Shown: in pieces, positions 25,101 to 38,068 of the stretch
Numbering within the stretch: the first letter of the stretch is position 1
How the letters are laid out: each line of letters begins with the position of its first letter
Assembly (NCBI GenBank): GCA_030390025.1
Contig: CM059433.1
Location: forward strand, 24,120,001 to 24,184,000
DNA: 64,000 bases
Source of the DNA: Squalus acanthias
Lineage: Eukaryota
Direction of reading: 5' to 3'
The notes under the pieces: model-generated
What the model was told of the DNA's origin: nothing
The model's input: only the letters and a program-made list of their open reading frames with translations
Databases searched by the model: none
Position numbers and translations under genes: made by a program

Positions 25101-25589
25101 ATATATCCAAGTTTGCTGATGATATAAATGGGTGGGAATGTAAGTTGTGAGGAGGATGCAAGGAGGCTTCAAGGGGATATAGACAGGCTAAGTGAGTGGG
25201 CAAGAATATGGCAAATGGAATATAATGTGGAGAAATGTGAAGTTATCCACTTTGGTAGGAAAAATAGCAAAGCAGAGTATTTTTTAAATGGTGAGAGATT
25301 GGGAAATGTTGGTGTTCAGAGGGACCTGGGTGTCCTTGTACATGAATCACTGAAAGTTAACATGCAGGTATAGCAAGCAATTAGGAAAGCAAATGATATG
25401 TTGGCCTTTATTACAAGAGGATTTGAGTATAAGAGTAAAGACATCTTACTGCAATTATATAGGGCCCTGGTGAGACCACACCTGTGGAGTATTGTGTACA
25501 GTTTTGGTCTCCCTACCTAAGGAAGGATATACTTGCCATAGAGGGAGTGCAACGAAGGTTCACCAGACTGGTTTCTGGGATGGGGAATT

Positions 25590-26195
25590 GTCATAGTCAT
25601 AGAGTTATACAGCACAGAAAGAGGCTCTTCGGCCCATCGTGTCCACGCCGGCCATCAAGCCCTAACTATTCTAATCCCATTTTCCAGCACTTGGTCCGTA
25701 GCCTTGTATGCTATGACGTTTCAAGTGCTCATCTAAATGCTTCTTGAATGTTGTGAGGGTTCCTGCCTCTACCACCCTTTCAGGCAGTGAGTTCCAGATT
25801 CCAACCACCCTCTGGGTGAAAAAGTTTTTCCTCAAATCCCCTCTAAACCTCCTGCCCCTTACCTTGAAACTATGCCCCCTGGTTATTGACCCCTCTACTA
25901 AGGGTAAAGTTCCTTTCTATCTACCCTATCTATGCCCCTCATAATTTTGTACACCTCAATCAGGTTCCCCCTCAGCCTTCTCTGCTCTAAGGAAAACAAC
26001 CTCAGCCTGTCCAGTCTCTCTCATAGCTGAAGCGCTCCAGCACAGGTAACATCCTGGTGAATCTCCTCTGCACCCTCTCCAATGCAATCACATCCTCCTA
26101 TAGTGTGGCGACCAGAACTGCATACAGTATTCCAGCTGTGGCCTAACTAGCGTTTTGTACAGCTCCATCATAACCTCCCTGCTCTTATATTCTAT
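25590..26195 (-). mobile_element. CR1 3' fragment nested antisense in the 18790-26650 CR1
   Basis: Reverse complement gives FFTQRVVGIWNSLP and a CR1 tail. The host ORF resumes at SYEKRLSRLGL. Confidence 0.8.
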
Positions 26196-28399
26196 GTCCT
26201 ATGAGAAGAGATTGAGTAGACTAGGCCTATATTCTCTAGAGTTTAGAAGAATGAGAGGTGATCTCACTGAAACATACAAAATTCTTACAGGGCTTGACAG
26301 GGTAGATGCAGGGAGGATGTTTCCCCAGGCTGGGGAGTCTCGAACCAGGGGACACAGTCTCAGAATAAGGGGTCGGCCATTTAGGACTGAGATGAGGAGA
26401 AATTTCTTCACTCAGAGGGTGGTGAATCTTTGGAATTCTCTACCACAGAGGGCTGTGGAGGCTCAGTCATTGAGTATATTCAAGACAGAGATCGATAGAT
26501 TTTTGAATATTAAGGGAATCAAGGGATATGGGGATAGTGCAAGAAAGTGGAGATGAGGTAGAAGATCAGCCATGATCTTATTGAATGGCGGAGCAGGCTC
26601 GAAGGGCCAAATAGCCAACTCCTGCTCCTATTTCTTATGTTCTTATGTAAGTGGGAGTTATCTGGAGAACTGCGTTCAGTTTTGGGAACCAAACCTCAGG
26701 AAAGATGGCTTTGGAAGGGGTACAGCACAGATTCACCAGCATGATACTGGGGCTTAAAGGGTTAAATTATGAGTGGAGGTTCCATAAACTTGGGTTGTAT
26801 TCCCTTGAGGAGGAAGTCAGGAACATAGGAACAGGAGTAAGCCTCAAGCCTGCTCCGCCATTCAATGAGATCATGGTTGATCTGCAACCTAACTCATATA
26901 CCCGCCTTTGGCTCATATCCCTTAATACCTTTGGTTAACAGAAAGCTATCAATCTCCAATTTAAGATTACCAATTGATCTAGCAGCAATTGCCGTTTGCA
27001 GAAGAGAGTTCCAAACATCTACCACCCTTTGTGTGTAGAAGTGTTTCCTAATTTCACTCCTGAAAGGTCTGGCTCTAATTTTTAGACTATGCCCCCTAGT
27101 CCTAGACTCCCCAACCAGCAGAAATAGTTTCTCTCTATCTACCCTATCTGTTCCCCTTAATATCTTGAAAACTTCGATCAGATCACCCCTTAACCTTCTA
27201 AATTCTAAGGAATAAAACCCTAATTTGTGTAATCTCTCCTCGTAATTGAACACTTGGAATCTGGTATAATTCTGGTAAACCTACGCTGCACTCCCTCCAA
27301 GGCCAACATATCCTTCCTAAGGTGTGGTGCCCAGAACTGCTCACTGTACTCCAGGTGTAGTCTAACCAGGATTTTGTATAGCTGCAGCATAACTTCTACC
27401 CTCTTGTATTCTAGTCCTCTAAATATAAAGGCCAGTATTCCATTTGCCTTTTTGATTATTTTCTGTACCTGTTCATGACATTTTAATGATCTATGTACCT
27501 GGACCCCCAAATCTCTTTGGACCGCCACTGTTTTTAGCCTTTCACCATTTAGAAAGTACCCTGTTCTATCCTTTTTAAGTCCAAAGTGGATGACCTCACA
27601 TTTGCCTACATTGAAATCCATTTGCCACAGTTTTGCTCATTCACTTAATCTGTCGATATCCCTTTGTAATTTTATACTTCCATCTACACTGCCTACAATT
27701 CCACCTATCTTTATGTCATCGGCAAATTTGGATATCTGACTTTCTATGACATGATTGAGTTTAGAGCGTTAAGGTGTGATCTAATCGAGGTATTTAAAAT
27801 GATTCAGGAATTTGATTGGGTAGATACAGAGAAACTATTTCCTCCGATGGGCATAATCTTAAAATTAGTGCTAGGCTATTTAGGAGTGAAATCAGGAAGC
27901 ACTTTTTCAAACAAAGGGTAGTGGAAATCTGGAACTTGCCCCACAAAAGGCTATGGATGCTGGATCAATTGAAATTTTCAAGACTAAGACCGATAGATTT
28001 TTATTAGGTAAGGATACCAAGGGATATGGAACAAAACCAGGTAAATGGAGTTGAGGTATTGAATGGCAGAACAGCCTCGAGGGACTGAATGGCTTACTCC
28101 TGCTCCTATGGACTAAAAGCCTACAAATCCCCTGGACCTGATGGCCTACATCCTTGGGTTCTAAAAGAGGTGGCTGCAGAGATAGTGGATGCATTGGTTG
28201 TGATCTTCCAAAATTCCCTAGATTCTAGAACGGTCCCAGTGGATTGGAAGGTAGCAAATATAACCCCGCTATTTAAGAAAGGAGGGAGAGAGAAATCAGG
28301 GAACTACAGACCAGTTAGCCTGACCTCAGTCGTCGGGAAAATGCTGGAATCCATTATTAAGGAAGTGGTAACAGGGCACTTAGAAAATCATAATATGAT

Positions 28400-28573
28400 A
28401 GAATGATGCGGAGATGCCGGTGTTGGACTGAGGTGGACAAATGTGAGAAGTCGCACAACACCAGGTTATAGTCCAACAGCTTTATTTGAAATCACAAGCT
28501 TTCGGAGCGCTGCTCCTTCGTCAGGTGTCAAATAAAGCTGTTGGACTATAACCTGGTGTTGTGCGACTTCTCA
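28400..28573 (-). mobile_element. mini Penelope-like element (family 2), fold-back structure, inserted in CR1
   Basis: TSD cataatatgat (28389-99, 28574-84). A perfect 49-bp inverted repeat (28441-28489 / 28528-28576) encloses a hammerhead motif. Confidence 0.75.
28492..28527 (-). ncRNA. minimal type I hammerhead ribozyme motif (family 2)
   Basis: Minus strand reads cac-CUGACGA-A-GGAGC-agc-GCUCC-GAAA-GC-UU-gug. Core intact, 5-bp stem II, palindromic AAGCUU stem III (dimer type), CUU cleavage triplet, stem I cac/gug. Confidence 0.75.
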
Positions 28574-30181
28574 CATAATATGATTAGGCAGAGTCAACAT
28601 GGTTTTATGGAAGAGAAGGATGTAACTAGCACGGTAGATAAAGGGGAACCAGTGGATGTGGTATACCAAAAGGTATTCGATAAGCTGCCGCATAAAATGT
28701 TGCTATGCAAAATTAGGGCTCATGGGGTTCGGGGTAATATATTAGCATGGATAGAGGATTGGTTAACATACAGAAAACAGAGAGTAAGGATAAACGGGTC
28801 ATTTTCCGGTTGGCAGGCTGTAACTAGTGGGGTTCCGCAAGGATCAGTGCTTGGGCCTCAGCTATTTACAATGTATATTCATGACTTAGATGAAGGGACC
28901 TGGTGCAATGTATCCAAGTTTGCTGACGATACAAAGCTAGGTGGGAAAGTAAGCTGTGAGGAGGGCACAAAGAGCCTGCAAAGGGATATAGACAGGTTAA
29001 GTGAGTGGGCAATAAGGTGGCAGATGGTGTATAATGTGAGGAAATGTGAGGTTATTCACTTTGGTAGGAAGAATAGAAAAAGAGAATATTTTTTAAATGG
29101 TGAGAAACTTTCAAATGTTGGTGTTCAGAGAGATTTAGGTGTCCTAGTACAAGAAACACAGAAAGTTAGCATGCAGGTACAGCAAGCAATTAGAAGGCAA
29201 ATGATATATTGGACTTTATTGCAAGGGGTTGGAGTACAAGTGTAAAGAAGTCTTACTGCAATAGTACAGGGATTTGGTAAGACAACACCTGGAGTACTGT
29301 GCACAGTTTTGGTCTCCTTATCTGTGAAAGGACATACATACCTTAGAGGCGATGCAATGAAGGTTCACTAGATTGATCCCTGGGATGAAAGCGTTGTCCT
29401 ATCAGGAGGCATTGAGTAGATTGGGCCTATATTCTGTGGAGTTTAGAAGAATGAGAGGTGATCTCATTGAAACATATAAGATTCTGAGGGGGATTGACAA
29501 AGTAGATGCTGAGAGGTTGTTTCCCCTGGCTGGAGAGTCTAGAACTAGGGGGCATAGTCTCAGGTTAAGGGATCGGCCATTTAAGACTGAGATGAGGAGG
29601 AATTTCTTCACTCAGAGGGTTGTGAGTCTTTGGAATTCTCTACCCCAAAGGGCTGTGGATGCTGAGTCGTTGAGTATATTCAAGGCTGAGATAGATAGAT
29701 TTTTGGACTCTAGGGGAATCAAGGGGTATGGAGATCGGGTGGGAAATTGGAGTTGAAGTCGAAGATCAGCCATGATCTTATTGAATGGTGGAGCAGGCTC
29801 GAGGGACCGTATGGCCTATTCCTGCTCTTAATTCTTATGTTCCTATGTTCAATGTGGATTACTGTCAAATAATTAGTACGGATATAAGGAACCGAAAGAT
29901 TAAGATAGCTATTAATATAGGCACTCCAAATTCACACTGCCATTTGTGCTTGCAAAGGTCAAACTTCCATTAACAGCAAACACTTCAACAACACACTACA
30001 GCTCCATTTATTATTACAGACAATCCAACTTCACACTGCCATTCAAACAGACACTCTAACATCAAACTGTTAATAAGACAGGTACAAAACGTTCCCTTTC
30101 TCTGCTGACTGTAAGAATTATAAGTGGAATGTGTTTGGACACTCTCAGCCTAATCTAATGGGCACAATCCACAGCAACAAA

Positions 30182-31743
30182 GGGGGAGAAATTCGTATGG
30201 TTTGCGCCACCCGTTAGCACCACGAGATGGCGCTAAAACAGCATTGAGAGCTTTAACACCACCTGATGCCGGTTCCAGCGCTGCACACCAAATCGGTATT
30301 GCCGGTAGCGCTGCCGCTGAACGCGATCGCCGGTGACGTCAGTGAGTGTGCAACGTTCACTTGACGCCCGATCTCCCAACTTCGTTACAGCCAATGAACT
30401 TACCAGCTGGAGAAAACAACGACAGCTCAGGTGGCATGCAGCAGCAGGAAGCCGGCTCCAGCAACGCTATTTAAAGGGATCATCACCAATCACTCAGACC
30501 TGACAGGTTTTTGAAGTTTGAGTGGCTGTGTGCTACTTCCTGCTACTGGAAGAGTTTTCTTTATTCATTTCAAGGTTCTTTGGTATCAGGGAGTGTTGTG
30601 GCAAGTACAAAACTCCAGAATTATTTCTGAAAAGCTCCAACCTACAACACTTGCTAAAAGTCATGGGGGCTGTCCTGGTTAGTAGACCTCGCCCTCCAGG
30701 ATCTACGGCGGAGGGACAGGAGGCAGTGAGACAATCGGCTTTCTGGAAGGGCTGTCCGTGACCGGCTCATCAGACTCCGATTCGCATGAATGAAACCCCA
30801 GATCCCCGTCACTCACCACATCCCCATCATACAATCCTTGTCTCACGCCATATCACAGCGTCCTCCTGGGCACAAAGGTGAAATGAGAGAGACCACAAAA
30901 TATTCTAAACACAATTAATAACTTTATCTATAAACATATCACACATATGACATGAATTCTAATAACTAATGACACTTGTGCCTGCCATAGTTGAATAGCT
31001 GTCATTGTGTGCAAGGTGTGAGATGTGGGTGTTAGTGTTGCTAGGTAGAGATTGTTGGTGGGTGAGTGCTGGGGGTGCGGTGTATTGAGCAGTGTGTGAA
31101 GCTTGTGGTACAGATGGTGGTATGTAGCATTTGTTGAAGCGTTCACTCACCCTGGCCCCGTGTGAGATCATTAAACTTCTTCCTGCACTGGGTGTGGGAC
31201 CTGGGGACCACAATGCTGCCCATGACGTGGTGTGCCACCTCCCTCCACATAGTCCAGCAGACTTGTGATGAGGGCCTCCTGCCAGTTGGGTGGTACAGGA
31301 CCGCCCACCTTCTCTCCACCGCTAAAATCAATGCCTCCAAAGCTACATCGGAAAACCTCTGGGCTCTCTCCCTGGGGCGACAATCTGCCATCAGGATTTG
31401 TAAATAAGTGCTCCTTCTCGTTGTCCTTCTTCTTAGGGTTGTTGAGGCAGCTGCACACCCAACAATGCTGAGAATGAGGTGCTGCAGCATCAATGAATCT
31501 CCCCTTTAAGTAGTGAAAAAAGCCGGTGGCAGTCATTACTTGAGTTTAGACTGCCCCCGATATTGGTCCACCTTTTCAGTGTAACGCCAATGAACTTGGG
31601 TTTTTAGACCAGAATCATGACTGCAATCATTTTAATGAGGAGTGAGGATGAATTTTGCGTCCTAGATGATTTTCAACTGGCGCTACTTAACCATTTTTAG
31701 TCTAACCACTGCCCTTTTCTTGGCTCGAATGAATTTCTAGCCC
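30182..31743 (-). mobile_element. non-autonomous Harbinger element (family A, copy 2)
   Basis: TIRs gggggagaaattc / gaatttctagccc. Myb exon on - from ATG 31391 with intact GTGAGT donor. Transposase start (MGAVL) and end (GRAVRDRLIRLRFA*) remnants on +. Flanks aaa/ata. Confidence 0.85.
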
Positions 31744-32640
31744 ATAGTTGTTAGCCTTTAGTATAAATTGGCAGTAAATCCATGATGATGGTTGGTGTAA
31801 GAAAAAGGAGAAAAATTTCACTGGTAAAAATAATAGACACAAAACAAGAACTCAACAGTTGAGCATAGCATGAGTGACTTAGTGAAATACTGTGGATAAT
31901 CACGGAAGGCAAGTTATACCAAACCGGGAAGAGTTTGATGCAATGGCAATCCTCATCTTGACAACTATAAAAAGTCACCAATTTTGTTTTTAGGAGATGC
32001 TTGAATTTCCTGCCACCATCCCAGGCTTGACTCCCTCTTGAATAAGCCTACAGCTTCCCTCTGTGCCTCTCTCGGCATCCTCTGAAGGTCCCATCGAGGC
32101 ACTCGTCGCTGCCGCCTTCCGAGCAGCAACCCCAACTGCCCCATCCCACTCTCTCAATGACCTTCCCGCCAGTGTGCCTGCTGAGACTAATCTTTTCTAA
32201 CTTCTTCCCTTCCCCCACCCACAACTGACCCTGTGGACTCTGCCAGCAGATCAGCTATCACCGCCCCTCTCTGCATCTTCCTACAGAATGTCCTTTCACT
32301 TGTGAACCAAAGCCCTTGCCTTCCATAACCTTATTGTGGATGATTGCATCGACATCATGGCCTTGACGGAAACTTGGCTGACAGGTGATGACACTTTCCC
32401 CCTTAATGGCTATACCTTCCACCACCTGCCCCATCCAAACCGCCACATTGGCGGTGTGACCCTTAACACCAAAACTCACCTTGGTCTGCCCCCCTAGTCC
32501 TCTGGCACCTTCTCCTCCTTTGAACACCTCACCTTGTTCCACCCATCCCTCCTCTCCTTTAAAATGCCCATTCGCTTCCGCCCACCCAAGCACCACGTTA
32601 ACTTTCTCACTGAGATATCTTCACTGCTTTCCTTCCCTCA

Positions 32641-32846
32641 TGATGTGGAGATGCCGGTGTTGGACTGGGGTGGACAAATGTGAGAAGTCGCACAACACCA
32701 GGTTATAGTCCAACAGCTTTATTTGAAATCACAAGCTTTCGGAGCGCTGCTCCTTCGTTCACCTGACTCAGGAGCAGCAGCTCCGAAAGCTTGTGATTTC
32801 AAATAAAGCTGTTGGACTATAACCTGGTGTTGTGCGACTTCTCACA
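32641..32846. mobile_element. mini PLE family 2, fold-back copy with two damaged hammerheads
   Basis: TSD ttccttccctca (32629-40, 32847-58). Nearly identical to 28400-28573. The + arm has CUGACUCA-ggagc...gctcc-GAAAGCUU (core mutated). The - arm is cut at the CUGA. Confidence 0.8.
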
Positions 32847-34104
32847 TTCCTTCCCTCAGTCACTGCGTTGAACAACTTCTCATTCTCAGAGATTTCAACC
32901 TCCATCTCAACTCATCTTGCCCTCTCTCCTCTGAGTTCACCGCCCTGCTGTCCTCCCTTAAACTCTCCCTACATATAACCTTGTCTACCCATATTCACGG
33001 CTACTGACTCAAACTTACCATTTCACGTGCCTCTCTACTCCCATCGTGTCAGTCACAGATAAGGCCATCTCTGATCACTTTCTTGCATCACTCTCCACTC
33101 ACATCCTCCTTCCCCCTTCCAACCCCACTTCCTTCTGTGTCCGCCCCTGGATAAAACTCTCCCCAAGTCACTTTCAAATTCCCAACTGTCTAGGCTTTGG
33201 TCTTCCATTCACCATGACATTTCTGCAGCTATCTATCTGCTCAATCATACTCTCACCTCTACCTTTGATGCCCTTGTCCCCAGGAAAACCCTTACTCTCT
33301 AACACCCTGGTCATACCCCCTGGTACGGCCCCCATCTCCACTCCCTTAAGTCCAAGGGGCGCAGGCTTGAACCTTTATGTCAGACAACTGGTTTAGGCAT
33401 TCCTTGCCACATCTGGACCACATAAAGCGCGATCGGGTCCTGCTCTCCTCTGCCAAAACTGTTCACTACCCCACGATCATCCTGGAATGCAAAGATAAAC
33501 CCTGGTTTCTCTTCTCCACTACCAAATGTCGTCTTAAACCCCTCTCCCCTGCCTCCTCCACCCTCACCTCTAACAACAAGTGTGTGGAGCTCATGGATTT
33601 CTTTGTCACTAAGATTGAGACCATCCATTCAGCTGGCTCTGCCACTTCCCTCCCTTCCCCTAGCCCACCGAGTCAAACTTCAGCCAAGGTTTCACCCTGC
33701 CCTAGCCCTGAACTCATATATTTCTCTAGTTTCTCTCCTATTTCCCCTCTCCAAGCTCATTTTGTCCATGAGACCCACCTCCTGCTCCCTCGACCCTATT
33801 CCCACTGAACTGCTGACCACCCAACTTCCCTTCCTGGCTCCCGTGCTAGCTGATATTGTAAATGGTTCCCTTACTGTCCCCCTCCCCTGCAAATCTGCCA
33901 TCATCAATCCTTCCTCAAAAAACACTCCTTTGACTGTTCTTTCCTTGCAAACTACCGCCCCATCTCCAACCTCCCCTTCCTCTCCAAAGTCTCAGAATGT
34001 GTTGTCCTGTCCCAAATCCGTTCCCATCTTTCCCACAGCTCCATGTTTGAACCCCTCCAATCTGGTTACCGCCCCTGCCAAAGCACTGAAATGGCCCTTA
34101 TTAA

Positions 34105-34158
34105 TGGCCCTTCTCATTTTTGTCCACCCCAGTCCAACGCCAGGCATCTCCGCATCAT
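34105..34158 (+). mobile_element. tiny PLE family 2 tail insertion in L2
   Basis: tttgtccaccccagtccaacgccaggcatctccgcatca is the reverse complement of the outer end of the 28400 and 32641 elements. Imperfect flanking repeat (atggcc/atgac)cttattaa. Confidence 0.6.
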
Positions 34159-35864
34159 GACCTTATTAAAGTCACAAAGGAAATCCTATATGACTGTGAA
34201 ACTTGTGCAATATTGCTCCTCATCCTTCTCGACCTGTCTGCAGCCTTTGACACAGTTGACCACACCATCCTCCTCCAATGCCTCTCCTCTGTTGTTCAGC
34301 TGAGTGGGGCTGCCCTCGTCTGGTTCCATTCTTACCTATCCAGTCGTGGCCAAAGAATCTCCTGCAATGGCTTCTCTTCCTGCTCCTGCAGCACAACCGC
34401 TGGAGTCCCCCAAGGATCCATCCTTGGTCCCCTCCTATTTCTCATCTACATGTTGCCCCTCGGCAACATCATCCAAAAACATGTCAGAATCTACAATAAA
34501 CATTGGGAATACCAAAGCCATTGTCTTCGGCCTCCGCCACAAACTCCGTTCCCTAGCCACCAATTCCATCCCTTTCCCTGGCCACTGTCTGAGGGTGAAC
34601 CAGACTGTTCGAAACCTCGGCGTCCTATTTGACCCTGAGCTGAGCTTCCGATCCATATCCTCACCATCACCAAGACCACCTACTTCCACCTCCGTAACAT
34701 CGCCCGACTCCGCCCCTGCCTCAGCCCATCTGCTGCTGAAACCCTCATCCATGCTTTGTTATTTCCAGACTCGCCTATTCCAATCCTCTCCTGCCTAGCC
34801 TCCCATCTTCCACCCTCCGTAAACTTGAGCTCATCCAATACTGTGCTGCCTGAATCCTAACTCACATCAAGTCCCATCCACCCATCACCCTGTGCTTGCG
34901 ACCGACATTGACTCCCGGTCAGGCAATGCCTCGATTTTAATATTCTCATCCTCCTGTTCAAATTCCTCCATGGATTCGCCCCGCCGTATATCTGTAACCT
35001 GCTCCAGCCCTACAAGCCTCTGAGATCTCTGCGTTCCTCCAATTCTGGCCTCTTGAGCATCCCCAATTTCTTTCGCCTCACCATTAGCGGCCACGCCTTT
35101 AACTGCCTAGGCCCTAAGCTCTGGAATTCCCTTCCTAAACCTCTCCACCTCGCTAGCCTCCTTTAAGATGCTCCTTAAAACCTTACCTCTTTGACCAAGC
35201 TTTTGGTCACTTGTTCTAATATCTCCTTATGTGGCTCAGTGTCAAATGTTGTTTGGTAACGCTCCTGTGACGCGCCTTAGGACGTTTTACTATGTTAATT
35301 ACGCTATATAAATGCAAGTTCTTGTTGTTCACTGAGGAAAGCAATGAAGTTCTGGTTGTTGGTTTTGGTCATAGGGATCCTGCCGTTGATATTTCTGGTG
35401 TCCACTTTAAGGTTATCAAACCAGTTTTCTTTGGGCCCTGTACAAAGACAAGAAGTTGAGACCAAGATCTTAAACTTTTCAGTGTAATAACAAAGATTAA
35501 AAATCAAGGGGTAGAAATTAGGTCGCGCCCCATTTGGGGCGCAAATATCGTCCGCGCGCAAATATTAGCGCCTGGCGCTAATTATCGGCACTGACAGGAA
35601 ACTTCACTTTTACCGCCCCGGGAGGTGAGTGGAGCGCTAAATTAGGCGCTGCACACCTCTCTTAAGGCGCAAAGGCCTAGGAGTGAGGCGCTAACTCAGC
35701 GCACGAGCGCAGCGCAGCTGCTGCCAGTTAGCGAGGGAACACAGACACACTGGCGCCGGACACTTCTTAAAGCGGGGGGGGCCACTTGCTCCCCAGCCAC
35801 ACCCTGCTCATTGCAGCCTTGAATCTCAGCCTGGAGAGACCTGTAATCCATTTTGCTGCCAAGC

Positions 35865-37774
35865 ATGGAGAGGGTGAGAGAACGCGCTCATCGCTTCACC
35901 GAGCGGGCCTTGGATGCTCTGGTTGACGCAGTGGAGCGCAGACGATGCATGCTGTTCCCAGAGAGTGGCAGGAGGCCTTTGCCACGCGAGTTCAGAAGAG
36001 TGTGGAGGGAGGTGGCTCAGAGCGTCTCCTCCAGGAGCATGGTGCCCAGGACCCATGTCCAGTGCCGCAAAAAGTTCAACGACCTCACTCGGGTCGTCAG
36101 GGTGAGTGGCTTTTTCTCAATACCTCTCCATCCCTCCATCTCAACCTCACTCTATGGCCAGAGGGTCTTAAAACCCCAATGCACAACACTCATCCAACAC
36201 CTATGGCCCTTTCATCAAACACACACACACATTCCACACTTTGCATACAGTAAGGGCTATTCACCTATGGGAGGCACATCAGGCAAGACCATGGCTGTAT
36301 ATTGTAAGGGCTATTCACCTATGGGAGGCACATCAGGCAAGACCATGGCTGTATATTGACTCAGATGCTGTCCTTTTTCTTGCAGGCTAAGCTGGCTCAT
36401 AATCGGAGACAGCAGCAACGGACGGGTGGAGGGCGGCTTCAGCTGCAACCCCTCAGCGATCTGGAGGAGCGCGTCCACAGGATTGTGGCAAGCCGGGTGA
36501 TCGGTCCCGTCGCCACTGGAGACGCCGACCCCGTTGTGGACAGCAATGGTAAGGTCATCACCTTTTTGTCCTCTGTCCTTCCACTTGTCCCTCACAATAC
36601 CAGCCTTTGACACTTTCAATCCAACTTGCTAACTCGCTGCACTTATTCCTCCCTTACTGCCACCCTGTCCTCACGCTAAAGCCACTCTTGTACCTCCCTG
36701 CTTTCAGATGGTGATTCACCAGCTGAGGAGATGGTCCCTGAAGCTGCCACTGGGAGTGATGCTGCAGCTGAGGAGGAAGAGGAAGCCGGAGCATCAGTGC
36801 CACCCTCTCCCGAGGAAGCCCATGGCCACACTGGGAACACGCCTTCCCCGGAGGGGAGCAGGGGGGAAGGGGCTGATGATGGTGAAGTTCCAGGACCCAG
36901 CGGGCTGCAGCAACGCCATGGGGGGGGGAGGGAAGAACGGGGGAGCAGGGGGGAAGGGGCTGATGATGGTGAAGTTCCAGGACCCAGCGGGCTGCAGCAA
37001 CGCCATGGGGGGGGGAGGGAAGAACGGGAGCCTTCTCCCCAGAGGGAGAGTATGCCAGACACTCCTAATGCAATGGACGCAGAGGAGGAGCGGCTGATTG
37101 CAGAAATGAACAGCCAGGCGGTGGTCATGCACACTGAGCTCATGGGTGCAGTGGGAAGGGTGCCCGAATGCATTGAGGCACTGGCAAGGAGTGTGGAGCA
37201 CTTCGCTGTAGCACAGGCGGATGCCACACTAAAGCTTACTGCTGCAATTCAGTCACTGGCTGCCAGGAACCCATCTGAGCCTGCTCTCATGCAGACTCAG
37301 ATTGAGGCCACGCGAGCACTGACTGCTGCCATCCTCGATGGTTCGTGCACATGTCCCCGGGGCTGTCACCGCGCCGCAGCAGGCCAGCAATCTGTTCTCA
37401 GGCAAATTGCTCCGGATGCTGAAGTGCTGCCCCGTGGGAGTGCCAGTGTGTCGGGCGAGCAGGGAGTTGCTGTCCTCTCTCACGATGACAGCATTCCTGC
37501 TGCCAACACTGTCACTTCTCCACTGCACTTGCCACCGCCTGTAGGACAGACTGCTGCCGCCCATGCAGAGTTGGTGCAGTCTGCAGCCGGGCCCTCCAGG
37601 CCCAGAAGTGGTCGAGGCCGTCCTTCAGGGGCATCTGCAGTGTCAGGGTCTGACAAGCAGCAGCCTTCCACCAGCCTTGCTGCAGCCACTGAGGTCCCAT
37701 TACGGAGGAGCAGTAGGGTTAGAAGGGGGGAAGTGCGCAAGGGAAGGAGATCACCCTCGAAGGGCAAAAAGTAG
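35865..37774 (+). CDS. Harbinger Myb/SANT-like DNA-binding protein (NAIF1/MSANTD-like), 3 exons: 35865-36101, 36386-36548, 36708-37774; 488 aa
   Basis: Exon 1: RF..RALDALVDAVE...WREVA...RTHVQCRKKFNDL, donor AGG|GTGAGT. Exon 2 follows ttcttgcag (AKLAHNRRQQQRTGGG), donor G|GTAAGG. Exon 3 follows ctttcag and joins the 347-aa ORF in frame. Total 1467 nt with no stops. AATAAA at about 37952. Confidence 0.85.
36853..37026 (+). repeat. in-frame 87-bp tandem duplication in Myb gene exon 3
   Basis: GSRGEGADDGEVPGPSGLQQRHGGGREER is encoded twice. A 54-bp duplication also occurs in intron 1 (36250-36357). Confidence 0.9.
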
Positions 37775-38068
37775 GAGGTGTGCCAAAATGCTGGTCATTT
37801 TTTTATTAAAGGCCGAGGTTCATGGCCCAACTTTTGTTTAGTGTTTTGGACATTATCTCCAGGTTGTGAGAACCAGTTATGTTATTGACTGTTTTTTTGT
37901 GTTTATTTCTATGAGTTTGTCATGAGGAATTGACACACACAGAGTTTGTACAATAAATAAGTTTCTGTATTCAAAATATACATGGCTGGTGGTTGGAATT
38001 ATTGGTGCCTTGGCCGGCTTAGGGGTTGCGTGCTGGGTTGATTCGTGTTTGTAGCACTGGCAGGGGCC

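Larger units (their letters stand above)
18790..26650 (+). mobile_element. near-full-length CR1 LINE (ORF1 esterase end, APE, RT), degenerate, hosting nested insertions
   Basis: DGLHLN esterase motif at about 18950. APE motifs LYLNARN, GVVYRPP, MGDFN, SDHN. RT motifs NYRPVSLTS, DFQKAFDKV, FADD. Ends in a (ttcttatg)n tail. Interrupted at 19663-23571 and about 25590-26195. Confidence 0.9.
26651..29850. mobile_element. cluster of CR1 fragments (+ 26651-26810 and 27755-28110; - 26820-27750; + 28110-29850)
   Basis: Repeated CR1 ORF2 motifs (KCEVIHFG, QFWAP, LRGDLIE, RTRGHSL, FTQRVV) and CR1 tails. Confidence 0.85.
32010..35328 (+). mobile_element. long degenerate L2 LINE (APE plus RT) with two PLE family 2 insertions
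   Basis: ALTETWL and DFN endonuclease motifs. [31 protein letters not shown] and [12 protein letters not shown] motifs. L2 tail ctatataaatgcaagttcttgttgtt. Confidence 0.9.

Noticed and set aside
35333..35437. possible minus-strand exon after a good acceptor (cttcttgtctttgtacag)
   Set aside because: The donor is weak and the peptide is unrecognised.
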